A stretch of 64,000 bases of DNA from a virus: positions 64,001-128,000 of the IMG/VR virus record IMGVR_UViG_3300032220_000699. One strand, written 5' to 3'. The position numbers were made by a program, and so were the translations under genes. Every line of letters starts with the position of its first letter. Within the stretch, counting starts at the first letter, position 1. Below, piece by piece: positions 19,578-29,241 of the stretch. The notes under the pieces were generated by a model. That model searched no databases and was not told where the DNA came from. It was given only the letters and a program-made list of their open reading frames with translations.

Positions 19578-22088
19578 TTAACCACAGGTTCCTTCGTATC
19601 CACAAGCTTCGCAAATAGAACAACCATCACGTTTAACAAGATTATAAGCACCGCAGTCAGGACACTTTTTACCGGTTGGTGCAAGTTCCTTAACTTCAGA
19701 TGTCTCATTTTTGACTTCATTATTAGTAACAACCTCATCGACTTCATCAGTCATAGGTTCACCAGTGTCATTAACGATCTTATATTTCTTAGCCAATTTA
19801 CCTTCCTTGGTTAAGAAACCATCTTCAATCAGAGCTTGTTCAATAATATAACCCATAGCAGCGGCATCAGAACTATGCCACAGCGGAACAGGTTTGTTAT
19901 CCTTCATCTTGGTGCCATATCGAACAGTGCCATGTTCCCAACTGATCTCGCGCAGATTTTCAATCAGTTTAGTGACAGGAACACCGTAACGCGCACCAAC
20001 ACTCATCGTACGGAAAGCAGAGTCCCAAGAGGAACTGCTAACACCAAAGTTTGCTTCAAGAATAAATTCAACAGGACGACGAATAGTGATAGTACCAAAA
20101 CGAGTCTTGCGAATGATCTTCATGAAGCTAATAACAATCAGGAACTTCTTTTCACCATCGCTGGTATGGAAACGTTCCTTAATAGTAATGCTAGGCAGAG
20201 TACCATCTTTGCGTGACTCAAATGGTTGAGCATACATTTCATCGATGATCTGATCGAGTGTTTTGCCATTATCATCAAATTCTTCCTTGACGACAGGAGC
20301 GACAGTTGTCTCTTCCTTCTTAACAGAAAGAACCGCGCCCAGAATGTCATTCGGACGATAGGTGGCAAGACCTTTCAGACCAGACTTCCAAGCATACATG
20401 TACAGATCTTTAAACTTTTCATACGGATAATCAGCAGGAATATTAACTGTCTTAGAAATAGCTGTATCGATATAAGGTTGAACAGCCTTCATAATGTCAG
20501 TATGTGCTTCAACCGACATTTCCAAAGCTGTCACAAAGTTATCAGGCAACTTAGTCATGTCATGACCCATTGCACGATAATAACGCCAAGCATGGTCTGC
20601 CACTTCAAAAGTCTTCTTACTACCATCAGCCATACGCTTCAAACGGTCATAAACCCACGAGAACGGAGGTTCAATACCATTGGAAGCATTATCAGCAAAT
20701 GCCAAAGAGATCGTGCCGGTAGGAGCGATCGACAGCAGATGGGAGTTACGAATACCATGTTCAGCAATACGATCTTTGATATATTGCGGAAGCCGAGAAA
20801 TAAACTTACCTGACAAATACTTTTCTTTATCAAAGAACGGGAAAGCACCCTTTTCAATAGCAAGATCAATTGAAGTCATATATGCGGTGTCGCGCATAAC
20901 TTCAGAAACATACTTAGCAAAATCAACACCATCGGACTTGTTATACCACTTACCAAGCATGATGATTGCGTCACCAATGCCAAGGAAGCCAAGACCAATA
21001 CGGCGTTTATTCATTGCTTCTTGACGCTGCTTTTCCAGAGGCCAGGCAGTAGCGTCAAGAACATTATCCAACATACGAATAGCGATACGGACAGTATCCC
21101 TGAAGGCGTCTTCATCAAAGTAAGCTTCAGGTGTAAACGGGTTACGAACAAACTTGGTTAGATTGATGGAACCAAGATCACAGCAACCGTAAGGAGGAAG
21201 AGGTTGTTCAGCACACGGATTAGTGGCTTCAATGGTTTCGCAATAGTAAAGATTATTTTCTTCATTCATGCGATCAAGGAACAGGATACCTGGTTCGGCA
21301 AAGTCGTATGTCGACTTCATGACCAGATCCCAAAGATCAGATGCAGGAATAGTTTTCCAAACCCAGACACCTGTTGCTTCATCTAAGTAGCTATTGTTTT
21401 CTTCGATATAACCAGGACAAGGTTTAGCTTTGTGAACAAGTTGCCACATAGCTTTATCTTCAACAGCCTTCATGAACTTATCAGTCACACCGATAGATAG
21501 GTTGAAGTTATTGAATTCACCCTTGGTGCGTTTAGCTGTAATAAAACTAAAGATGTCTGGATGATCACAACGCAGAACACCCATTTGTGCTCCACGACGA
21601 CCGCCAGCAGATTCAACTGTTTCACACGAACGATCGAAAACACGCATGTAAGACAACGGACCTGATGCATGTGACTGAGTACCCTTGACGTACGCATCGA
21701 ACGGACGAATGCGACTAAAGTCATACCCCACACCACCGCCACGACGCATCGTTTCAGCAGCTTCACCCAGGGCAATATAAATAGAAGGATAACCGTCATG
21801 ATCAAAACCACTGACAGCATCACCAACTGGTTGGATAAAACAGTTAATTAAAGTAGATTCAGAGTTCATACCAGCGGCAGAATTAATGCGACCACCAGGA
21901 ATGAAACCATTCTGTTGTGCTTCAAAGAAAACAGGACCCCAATGATTAGGATCTTGCTCAATAGAAGCTAATGCAACCGCTACACGGCTTTGCAGTTGCG
22001 GAATATCTTGTTCACTACCTTTAGCATACTTCTCCATGAAGGCATCAATGCTAATTTCTTGCGGTTCAAGGTGCACAGCGGTGTTCAT
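19578..22088 (-). CDS. nrdJ: class II (adenosylcobalamin-dependent) ribonucleotide reductase
   Basis: FIPGGRI, GGGVG, TNPCAEQPL, CDLGSINL, APTGTIS, SKTVN, GLKGLATYR motifs; C-terminal extension and CxxC...CxxC Zn ribbon. Start refined to MNTAV. Confidence 0.93.
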   Translation of the reverse strand: MNTAVHLEPQEISIDAFMEKYAKGSEQDIPQLQSRVAVALASIEQDPNHWGPVFFEAQQNGFIPGGRINSAAGMNSESTLINCFIQPVGDAVSGFDHDGYPSIYIALGEAAETMRRGGGVGYDFSRIRPFDAYVKGTQSHASGPLSYMRVFDRSCETVESAGGRRGAQMGVLRCDHPDIFSFITAKRTKGEFNNFNLSIGVTDKFMKAVEDKAMWQLVHKAKPCPGYIEENNSYLDEATGVWVWKTIPASDLWDLVMKSTYDFAEPGILFLDRMNEENNLYYCETIEATNPCAEQPLPPYGCCDLGSINLTKFVRNPFTPEAYFDEDAFRDTVRIAIRMLDNVLDATAWPLEKQRQEAMNKRRIGLGFLGIGDAIIMLGKWYNKSDGVDFAKYVSEVMRDTAYMTSIDLAIEKGAFPFFDKEKYLSGKFISRLPQYIKDRIAEHGIRNSHLLSIAPTGTISLAFADNASNGIEPPFSWVYDRLKRMADGSKKTFEVADHAWRYYRAMGHDMTKLPDNFVTALEMSVEAHTDIMKAVQPYIDTAISKTVNIPADYPYEKFKDLYMYAWKSGLKGLATYRPNDILGAVLSVKKEETTVAPVVKEEFDDNGKTLDQIIDEMYAQPFESRKDGTLPSITIKERFHTSDGEKKFLIVISFMKIIRKTRFGTITIRRPVEFILEANFGVSSSSWDSAFRTMSVGARYGVPVTKLIENLREISWEHGTVRYGTKMKDNKPVPLWHSSDAAAMGYIIEQALIEDGFLTKEGKLAKKYKIVNDTGEPMTDEVDEVVTNNEVKNETSEVKELAPTGKKCPDCGAYNLVKRDGCSICEACGYEGTCG

Positions 22089-22373
22089 TATCAGTCCTTT
22101 TCTTGTGTGAAAATTTGAAGAAATCTGTAATCCAAGTGATGGATGATAAAAATAAAAAAATGAATATTCGGGTAAAAATAAAAAGAGAGAGAACAAGTTC
22201 TCTCTCGGTAAAATACCTGTTTCAACTCATAGCGATATTACCAACTTTGAGTCTCAAAACATGAAAAAATAAACTATTCCTGAATCCTTAGTGTCGTTAT
22301 TTTTGTACCTGTGTACAAGGTATTTATAGTAAAATAAATAAAAAATCAGAGGGCTAGATGCCCTCTGATCTTC

Positions 22374-22577
22374 TTACGTTTGACATGTCTCGCAAATAGG
22401 TCTAACGATAATAAAGTACTCTTTAGTTGAAGAGTCTTGATAGTAAAAATTAGGTTGACAATTAGCCATATAAAGAAAATCTTTCAGGCTATATACTTTT
22501 GTCTTTCTTTTAATTTCAGTGTCACATTCAGCACACTGATAGATAACTATTGCCTCAATAGTCTGTTCAATTGTCAT
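22374..22577 (-). CDS. small CxxC zinc-binding protein
   Basis: 67 aa with CAEC and CETC. Confidence 0.6.
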   Translation of the reverse strand: MTIEQTIEAIVIYQCAECDTEIKRKTKVYSLKDFLYMANCQPNFYYQDSSTKEYFIIVRPICETCQT

Positions 22578-22911
22578 TATGATAGTCTCTGAGATTCTTC
22601 AGACAATTATCACAGAGATGGTAAATAGGACCACAGGAACCTTCATCAGGATCTCGTGTAGCAGTTGTTTTACAATCAACAGCTTGACAATGATCACAAC
22701 TATAATTATATTCAGGATTTTCTTTAGCAGACAAGTACTTGTTATAACACTCGTCACACCAATCAATCAACTCACTACCGAATGAGTCAGTTTCCCCTAC
22801 TATACGATGTGTAGCAGGACGATCTTCATGATCATCACACATCATACCTTCAGGAACTTTAAGCTGTTGACCGGGAAGATAACTATTAGGTCCAATAACG
22901 TCAGCCATCAT
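22567..22911 (-). CDS. zinc-binding hypothetical protein
   Basis: 114 aa with CDDH, CDEC, CDHC and CDNC motifs. Confidence 0.65.
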   Translation of the reverse strand: MMADVIGPNSYLPGQQLKVPEGMMCDDHEDRPATHRIVGETDSFGSELIDWCDECYNKYLSAKENPEYNYSCDHCQAVDCKTTATRDPDEGSCGPIYHLCDNCLKNLRDYHNDN

Positions 22912-23300
22912 ACTTCCACAGTAATGAGTTTATTTTCTATCAGATACTTGGTAACAAATACTTCTGTATCCAAATAACACTCAACATGTTCTTTATAAAC
23001 TCCTGAGTCTATTGTGGTTTCCATATTTTCATTTGTTTTATGTACCATATCTTTATTTTTTCTAGCAAAACTATCAAACAACGTAACCTGAATATTAGGT
23101 TGCTCGTGATTAAACGGTAAACGAAGTTTTCCAATTCTTTCATTTTTATAATAGATATAGGTCGACGAGTCAAACTTCAGTCCGATTTCGTTGGACATTT
23201 CATCTACAACAAAAGTACTGTCATCATTTAAATCAAGAAATAGACCAAAGCCTTCATCACCTACATCGAAAGCACGGACATTAATGCAGCGTTCTTTCAT
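22908..23300 (-). CDS. hypothetical protein
   Basis: 130 aa, overlapping start/stop with neighbours. Confidence 0.65.
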   Translation of the reverse strand: MKERCINVRAFDVGDEGFGLFLDLNDDSTFVVDEMSNEIGLKFDSSTYIYYKNERIGKLRLPFNHEQPNIQVTLFDSFARKNKDMVHKTNENMETTIDSGVYKEHVECYLDTEVFVTKYLIENKLITVEV

Positions 23301-23719
23301 TTTGTTACTCCTTTTTCTTCAGGGAATAGATATTCACGACACCAATCAACACGAGTTTGCATAAACTTGTGCATGTAATCAGCAATGATTTTATTATAGA
23401 ATTCTTCGATCGTAAACTTTTCATCAGGTTTAGGACCAAAGATAATACTTTCACCCAAAGGAACAATACCATTGAATGGAGCCATAATGATCTCAAGATA
23501 CAAAGTAGGTCGAGCACCTATCTCGAACTCTTTAATCTGAATCATCTCACGAAAAGCATTATCAATAACAATGAGAATATCTTTCAACCGCATATTGTTA
23601 TGGTATAAAGGACCTAGACACTCACGAAGAGATTCAACAGTAAAAGATTCTGCGTGACGTTTTGAGAAACGAAGAAGCTCGCATAAAGTTTCAGAAAAAG
23701 GTTTTTCTTTGGTTTCCAT
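23297..23719 (-). CDS. hypothetical protein
   Basis: 140 aa, coupled to neighbours. Confidence 0.65.
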   Translation of the reverse strand: METKEKPFSETLCELLRFSKRHAESFTVESLRECLGPLYHNNMRLKDILIVIDNAFREMIQIKEFEIGARPTLYLEIIMAPFNGIVPLGESIIFGPKPDEKFTIEEFYNKIIADYMHKFMQTRVDWCREYLFPEEKGVTK

Positions 23720-23997
23720 TATTTCACCAGTTCAATTTCGTGTTCTCTTACAAGAACGATGTCACTATTATCAGGATAGTTTTCTATCCCGCCCTTACCA
23801 AGTTTATTTTCAAAGAAATCTTGACTTAATAACAAGTAGACCGTAAAAGGTTTACGATCAGTAAAAATATTGGTGAAACCAAAGACATACATGGTTTCAC
23901 CACGCTGAGCGGCAGCCCAGCCATTTTCATTAAATAGAGTTTCTTTAATAATAACTTTATCGTTTTGCTTAAACTTAGTTTTGATCGGCGGATGCAT
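23719..23997 (-). CDS. hypothetical protein
   Basis: 92 aa, coupled to neighbours. Confidence 0.6.
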   Translation of the reverse strand: MHPPIKTKFKQNDKVIIKETLFNENGWAAAQRGETMYVFGFTNIFTDRKPFTVYLLLSQDFFENKLGKGGIENYPDNSDIVLVREHEIELVK

Positions 23998-24322
23998 TAG
24001 TAGCCTCTCTAGCTGCTTTGTTCAAAGCTTTAAGATATTCAATAATCTTTTCATCTGTCCAAGCATGAACCATAGTGTTATCTTTCGTAACATCATCTTC
24101 AGTGATAACTTTACGAATACTAGTATCAGACCAATCAATATTGACAACACGTTTGCGGTTACCAATCTCGATCAAACCAAGTGGAGTCTTAACTAACCAC
24201 CAAGGGTTAGCCATAATCATATCGACATATGCGGAAGGCCAATATTTGTTTTCAAGTTTCCATAATTTAAGAACTTTGATATCTGCAAGCAGGAACAAAG
24301 CCTTTACTTTTTCTTCAGTCAT
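23975..24322 (-). CDS. hypothetical phage protein
   Basis: 115 aa; GGAG RBS; promoter motif at 24353. Confidence 0.7.
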   Translation of the reverse strand: MTEEKVKALFLLADIKVLKLWKLENKYWPSAYVDMIMANPWWLVKTPLGLIEIGNRKRVVNIDWSDTSIRKVITEDDVTKDNTMVHAWTDEKIIEYLKALNKAAREATNASADQN

Positions 24323-24418
24323 TTATTTCTCCTGTACGTTATATACAATTATTATATATGGCATCATAGTACTTTCTAAAACATAAAAAAAAAAACAAGG
24401 GACCGAAGTCCCTTGTTC

Positions 24419-25255
24419 TTATTTGCAAGCAAGCGTTAGCAGAATTTCTTTCATCTGTGTAACACCGCCATTACAGAAGATCAGACCAGGATGTTCACGA
24501 ACACAATCTTGGTGACCGTGATTGATGTGACCAACAATCAGAACAACATAGTCACAGTGCTTTGCCTGAGAACGAATTAGGCTTAGGTTTTCTTCTTGCT
24601 TATAAAAACGCAAGTCGAGCATTTCGCCATATTCCGATTCAGTCTGGAAAGCAACTTCTCCCATAACACCAATCACCATGACTCTTGGCAGTTGTTGTCT
24701 CTTTTGCCCTGTGATCTTGCGAGCATCTTCCAACTTCTTAGCGAAGCTTCGTTCAACATTACCGAGGGCTGTGCTTAAAGCAGCTTCAAGTTCATTGGTA
24801 AGCTGGTCTTCAAACTGCTTTGCCAAACAGCTAGCCATTTCTGAGATCTTGTCACTGAAAGTAAAACGATCAAGAATACCAGGTATTTTCTTTGGCTTGG
24901 TATAATTAGGCATTATTGGCGGAGCAACATCAGGACCTTTGTAAGTCTGTGTTGGTTGAAAACCAGTACCTAGTGATGGAAGTTTGACTTCAGGCTTTTC
25001 AACCGTTTCCTTTGGCTTTTCACCATAGAACAAAGGGTTAACAACAATCTTACCCATGGAGGCTCTTTTCTTCAGATCTTCCGAAATATTGTAAAAAGTT
25101 CCTTTTGAGTAATGTTTTTCCTTAGGAAAAAGATCTGACTGAACTTGCATAAGACAACCGACCCAGGTTGCATTTTTATTTGCATTCTGAAGAATTGCTG
25201 CATTGTGAACAAGTCTGTCAAGATCTTCTTCAGACATTCTGTATTTTTTCGTCAT
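24419..25255 (-). CDS. hypothetical protein with C-terminal DUF2325-like alpha/beta domain
   Basis: 278 aa; C-terminal CDYVVLIVGHINHGH...CNGGVTQM resembles DUF2325. Confidence 0.55.
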   Translation of the reverse strand: MTKKYRMSEEDLDRLVHNAAILQNANKNATWVGCLMQVQSDLFPKEKHYSKGTFYNISEDLKKRASMGKIVVNPLFYGEKPKETVEKPEVKLPSLGTGFQPTQTYKGPDVAPPIMPNYTKPKKIPGILDRFTFSDKISEMASCLAKQFEDQLTNELEAALSTALGNVERSFAKKLEDARKITGQKRQQLPRVMVIGVMGEVAFQTESEYGEMLDLRFYKQEENLSLIRSQAKHCDYVVLIVGHINHGHQDCVREHPGLIFCNGGVTQMKEILLTLACK

Positions 25256-25366
25256 TTAATGCTCCTTACTCATTTAAGAGTGTAGTGGTTAATATTCCAT
25301 TTATTATATATGTAATCATAAAAAATTCAAAAAAAAAAAGAACTAGGTGGTTACCCACCTAGTCTT

Positions 25367-25525
25367 CTATTTCTTTTTAGACTTCTTACAGTCACACTTG
25401 ATTACATCATATTCAGTCATCGATCCGATCTTATAGGCGGGTCGAAGTATTTCACCAGTATCTTTACATTTAGGACAAGGTGGTTTAGGTTTCTTTTTAA
25501 ATAGATTTTTCAACCAGTTAAACAT
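25367..25525 (-). CDS. 52-aa basic zinc-finger peptide (not in ORF track)
   Basis: MFNWLKNLFKKKPKPPCPKCKDTGEILRPAYKIGSMTEYDVIKCDCKKSKKK; ends just before a terminator hairpin. Confidence 0.6.
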   Translation of the reverse strand: MFNWLKNLFKKKPKPPCPKCKDTGEILRPAYKIGSMTEYDVIKCDCKKSKKK

Positions 25526-25526
25526 T

Positions 25527-25940
25527 TTAATCATCCAGTTTAATTGTTTCAGGAGGAACTTCAGAAGGATTGAGAATTTTGTAAGTTAAAAACTCTTGAG
25601 CAGATTCTTTTATTGATTCACAGACACAAGAGATATTTCTATAGACTCCTGTGCCGTGCGATTTAGTATTATGCACACGATAAACAATATGTTCGTAATA
25701 ACCAAACCACCAATGTTTGCTAACAATTTCAATAATACCAATAGAACCATCTTCACGTTGGAAAGCAGTTCCAATAGCTGGATGATTTTTAATACGAGTA
25801 ATAAGTTCAGGTCTTGAAGTATCTTGACCTATGGCTTCTCGATATTTTCGATACTGACCATAGTTAAAACAATGCTTCATAATAACACCACCGATTAGCG
25901 GTGTTTCGAATGTATACATTTCACCATCTCTAGTTAACAT
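25527..25940 (-). CDS. hypothetical protein
   Basis: 137 aa; GGAG RBS; promoter motif at 25968. Confidence 0.65.
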   Translation of the reverse strand: MLTRDGEMYTFETPLIGGVIMKHCFNYGQYRKYREAIGQDTSRPELITRIKNHPAIGTAFQREDGSIGIIEIVSKHWWFGYYEHIVYRVHNTKSHGTGVYRNISCVCESIKESAQEFLTYKILNPSEVPPETIKLDD

Positions 25941-25992
25941 GATATCTCCTTTTTATTAGTCAGTAGATATATATGCAATTATTTAATATTCA

Positions 25993-26700
25993 CTAACCTT
26001 TAAGTTTAGTAGTAACAAGATATTCTAAAGCACCTAATACCTTCTTAAGAGAATCTACCATATTAAAAACATAAATAACTTCGTCTTTGTCAGGTGTTTT
26101 GGTCATGTAAGTAGACCAACCCTGAAGTGCTTTAACAACGTCCTCTTCTTCTGCTAAAGAAGAAACATTCATCGTAACTTTAATTTCTTTATAAAGAGCT
26201 ACAAATTGTGTTTTATTGATATCAAGTTTTACTTTCCTCATGAGTTGTTTAGCACGCGCATAGTCGTACTGTTCAATCATGGAATCACAATTAAATGTAA
26301 TTGGTTTTGTTTTTACAAACCAGTAAAAAGGAATTAATTTTTCAGAATTACTGTCATAGTTAGTTGAAGCATCTGCGTAAGATAAAACAGCATAACTCCA
26401 CTCGTCACAAATTTGTTTATAAAGTTTTAGTTCTTTATCTGTTGTAGGTTTTTTCGGAAGATAAACAAATGTAATTAATTCTGTTTGTAATTTATCAGAA
26501 GGATAAAGATAAGCTTTATATAGAAGATTATAGTTTGTTTGGCTATATTTCTTTGTTGGTGTAATAATAATAGGCGCAGAAGAAACAGTTGTTTCGCGTT
26601 GCATCTCTGGAGGTGATTCTAAAGTTCTTATTTCAGAAACTTTAGTAGCTGAACAACCTGTTATAAAAATTACAGCAAGAAATAAAATAAACTTAGTCAT
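25993..26700 (-). CDS. predicted lipoprotein
   Basis: MTKFILFLAVIFITGC: signal peptide with lipobox; 235 aa. Confidence 0.7.
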   Translation of the reverse strand: MTKFILFLAVIFITGCSATKVSEIRTLESPPEMQRETTVSSAPIIITPTKKYSQTNYNLLYKAYLYPSDKLQTELITFVYLPKKPTTDKELKLYKQICDEWSYAVLSYADASTNYDSNSEKLIPFYWFVKTKPITFNCDSMIEQYDYARAKQLMRKVKLDINKTQFVALYKEIKVTMNVSSLAEEEDVVKALQGWSTYMTKTPDKDEVIYVFNMVDSLKKVLGALEYLVTTKLKG

Positions 26701-26962
26701 TTTCTTCTTTCTCCGCAAGTTGAGTTGGTTCTACCTTTTCTTGAGATAGCTCATAAATCTTTGCTAACAAAAGAAAAATGAAAATTGAAAAAAGAAACGT
26801 GAACATAAAGAAAAGAATAATCTCTTCCTGATCACCTAACCCATAATGCCTAACTTCAACTGCTGTCAGAATAATCGACACAATTAAAGTTAGTAACAGA
26901 CCTAAGGGTGCTACCTTCCCTTGAAGAAAACAGATTAATTTTTCTAACATTATAACTCCCAA
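26693..26962 (-). CDS. small two-TM membrane protein
   Basis: Two hydrophobic segments; overlaps the lipoprotein start. Confidence 0.65.
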   Translation of the reverse strand: MGVIMLEKLICFLQGKVAPLGLLLTLIVSIILTAVEVRHYGLGDQEEIILFFMFTFLFSIFIFLLLAKIYELSQEKVEPTQLAEKEEND

Positions 26963-27027
26963 AAAGCTATTTACCCAAATTAGTTAGAAAAAGAAAAAAG
27001 ACACCAGGAGTAACCTGGTGTCTTCTA

Positions 27028-27264
27028 TCATTCAGCTGTAAGTATAAGCTGATAATTACCTAAATCAGAAACATCAACATTGACATTCAGTTTAGCTTCA
27101 CAAACAGGACATTCAGCTTTCACATTTTCTTCCCTGTCGAATGCCGGACTATATTCTTCCAACCTATCACAGAGTTCATCAATAATTGGACTCTTAGAGC
27201 GTTTGTCAGAAAGCAGCTGAAGAAGTTCTTTATCAGTGTAATTTGAATAGTTAGTGTGACTCAT
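27028..27264 (-). CDS. small Zn-ribbon protein
   Basis: 78 aa from MSHTNY; CPVC motif. Confidence 0.6.
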   Translation of the reverse strand: MSHTNYSNYTDKELLQLLSDKRSKSPIIDELCDRLEEYSPAFDREENVKAECPVCEAKLNVNVDVSDLGNYQLILTAE

Positions 27265-27622
27265 TCTGGTTAGCTTCGCGGTAAGGTTCAAGAGAACTTG
27301 ACAGCAAAGACATAGTGGAAGTAATACTCTTAGCTGCCTCATTGTAAATGTTGATAGCCTTAGATAAACGAAGCAACTCGGCGTGTTGCGACTTCTTATC
27401 ATTTTCCAAAGTCTGAACTTTATGAATCAGAATTTGGTTATCCATCATTAACTTACCAAAAGCAATATTAGCTTGTTCAAGTGTAGCAAACTTACCAACC
27501 ATCTTATAAGGTAAGTCATGATCATTCGGATGAACTTTTGCACAATGTTGAAGAAGTTGATCTTCTTTCTCACACTCAAATCCACAACAGCTACAACGAT
27601 AATTCATTTTCTTCTTACCCAT
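27251..27622 (-). CDS. C2H2 zinc finger plus coiled-coil protein
   Basis: From MGKKK; CSCC...HCAKVH motif followed by heptad-like helix. Confidence 0.6.
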   Translation of the reverse strand: MGKKKMNYRCSCCGFECEKEDQLLQHCAKVHPNDHDLPYKMVGKFATLEQANIAFGKLMMDNQILIHKVQTLENDKKSQHAELLRLSKAINIYNEAAKSITSTMSLLSSSLEPYREANQNESH

Positions 27623-27839
27623 TTTCCTTCTCCCGGAATTTGATAAGAATTTCACAGGTCTTCATGTTGCAGAGCATGCCATCAACATGAGCACAACCTT
27701 CCTTCTTATAAACATCACAGTGTTTAACCGGATCGTCTTTACGACCAAAAATCGCATCATGTCGATTACCAAATTTCTCACGATCGGTAATAGGACGTTC
27801 AGCAGATCCTTTACCACCAGCACCAGTAACGATACCCAT
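27615..27839 (-). CDS. small Cys-rich hypothetical protein
   Basis: 74 aa; GGAG RBS. Confidence 0.6.
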   Translation of the reverse strand: MGIVTGAGGKGSAERPITDREKFGNRHDAIFGRKDDPVKHCDVYKKEGCAHVDGMLCNMKTCEILIKFREKENG

Positions 27840-27865
27840 TTATTTATTCTCCGTATTGGAAAGAG

Positions 27866-28156
27866 TTATTTAAAGTAGTAACTAATCACATCAAGTGCTA
27901 TTGCGCCATAGCGATAAATAATATAACCAACCAAAACAACAATGATTAGTCTAACAGAAATAAAAACGAGTTTATTGTCTACACCACAGTTAGAATCACA
28001 ATCCTCGTGATTTATATTTCTCTGTGTAAAAACAATAGCTGGTGACACACCGCCATGTTTAACAATAGAACATTTACGACATTTTTCACTTTGCTCTTTG
28101 TTAAATACAAAGAAGGATTTTATTTTCTCTATACCTCTGTTGATGAAGTTAAGCAT
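27866..28156 (-). CDS. small membrane protein
   Basis: 96 aa with one C-terminal TM segment. Confidence 0.6.
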   Translation of the reverse strand: MLNFINRGIEKIKSFFVFNKEQSEKCRKCSIVKHGGVSPAIVFTQRNINHEDCDSNCGVDNKLVFISVRLIIVVLVGYIIYRYGAIALDVISYYFK

Positions 28157-28204
28157 ATGCTTCTCCTAATTATATCATGATATTATTATTATAGTAAAAA
28201 ACTA

Positions 28205-28582
28205 TTATAAGCTGTCACGAATAATATTAAGCTTCTTAGTCATCTCGACAGCTGATTCTTTACCACCATGTTTATCAGGATGACAAAGTTGAATAAGAGA
28301 CTTTAGATCTTCTTTACTCAATTGAATACCTGCGGGTTGAAATGTTGCATTTTGAAGAAATTGTTCTCCGCCTTTTTCATTGATACGTTTAACTAACTTA
28401 TTATACTCATTAAGAAGTTGTTCATAACGAGCTTTATACATAATAGAATTAATAGTGTTATCAAAAGCTCTATTAGCTTCTTCTAACTGTTTCTGACGGT
28501 GTTTCTTTTCTTCTTTAATAGCGTAATGAGCTTCCTTGACAGCATACCAGACTCTCATAATTTTCTTAATAAATTCTACCAC
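28205..28582 (-). CDS. coiled-coil protein with truncated J-domain-like C-terminus
   Basis: LKSLIQLCHPDKHGG contains the HPD motif; promoter motif at 28611. Confidence 0.6.
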   Translation of the reverse strand: MVEFIKKIMRVWYAVKEAHYAIKEEKKHRQKQLEEANRAFDNTINSIMYKARYEQLLNEYNKLVKRINEKGGEQFLQNATFQPAGIQLSKEDLKSLIQLCHPDKHGGKESAVEMTKKLNIIRDSL

Positions 28583-28674
28583 GGTAATCTCCTAACAGAT
28601 ATTGTCAAGTTATATATGTGTAATTAAATTAACATCAAGAACAAGATAAGGTAGCCTTAGCTACCTTATCTTTC

Positions 28675-29157
28675 TTAAATCACAAAAGTTGCATTACCTT
28701 CATCGTCTAACTGTAACTCATAAATATCAACATCTACATACTTATTAGGTTTAGTGTAATCAATATTACCACGACGACGAAGATGCATGTCCAGCATATT
28801 ATCGTCATGAGTTCCTATTTCTAAATGATCAGGATTACAACAAGGAGGATTGTCACAAACTTTGTGTCGTACAATCATACCAGGAGGAATTTCAACACCT
28901 TCCGATAAAGTTTTAGCAACACGATGTGCTTTTAGATCATATTTGTTTCTACTTCCATCTGGGTTACGTTCTCCTTCAACCATGATGAGACCGTAACCAC
29001 GTTCAGACACACGCCCTTTCCATTCCCAGCAACGATTACCTTGCTGTATATCTACATTAGACCAGAAACGTTCTTTGTCATTTGCATCCATCTTATCAAG
29101 AATAGGAACTGTAACGTAGTGCGGGTCTTTTTCTTGGTTTTGTACTTCGTTTTGCAT
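28675..29157 (-). CDS. free-standing HNH endonuclease
   Basis: CWEWKG...GYG...AHRV...VRHKVCDNPPCCNPDHLEIGTHDDN: classic phage HNH. Confidence 0.85.
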   Translation of the reverse strand: MQNEVQNQEKDPHYVTVPILDKMDANDKERFWSNVDIQQGNRCWEWKGRVSERGYGLIMVEGERNPDGSRNKYDLKAHRVAKTLSEGVEIPPGMIVRHKVCDNPPCCNPDHLEIGTHDDNMLDMHLRRRGNIDYTKPNKYVDVDIYELQLDDEGNATFVI

Positions 29158-29241
29158 TTTATACTCCTTTTTGCGTTGTATCAAAAAGTTTAATAAAAAA
29201 TAAAAAAAAAGACGAGAGTAACCCCGTCTTTTTTGATTAGG

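Noticed and set aside
19836-21826. ORFs nested in or antisense to nrdJ
   Set aside because: Shadow frames of a conserved enzyme gene.
22089-22330. Cobalamin riboswitch upstream of nrdJ
   Set aside because: B12-box motifs (e.g. GCCACUG, CCCGCAACUGU) are absent.
28675-29157. Third HNH as another tRNA cassette
   Set aside because: Different HNH subfamily, and no tRNA or tRNA scar on either side.
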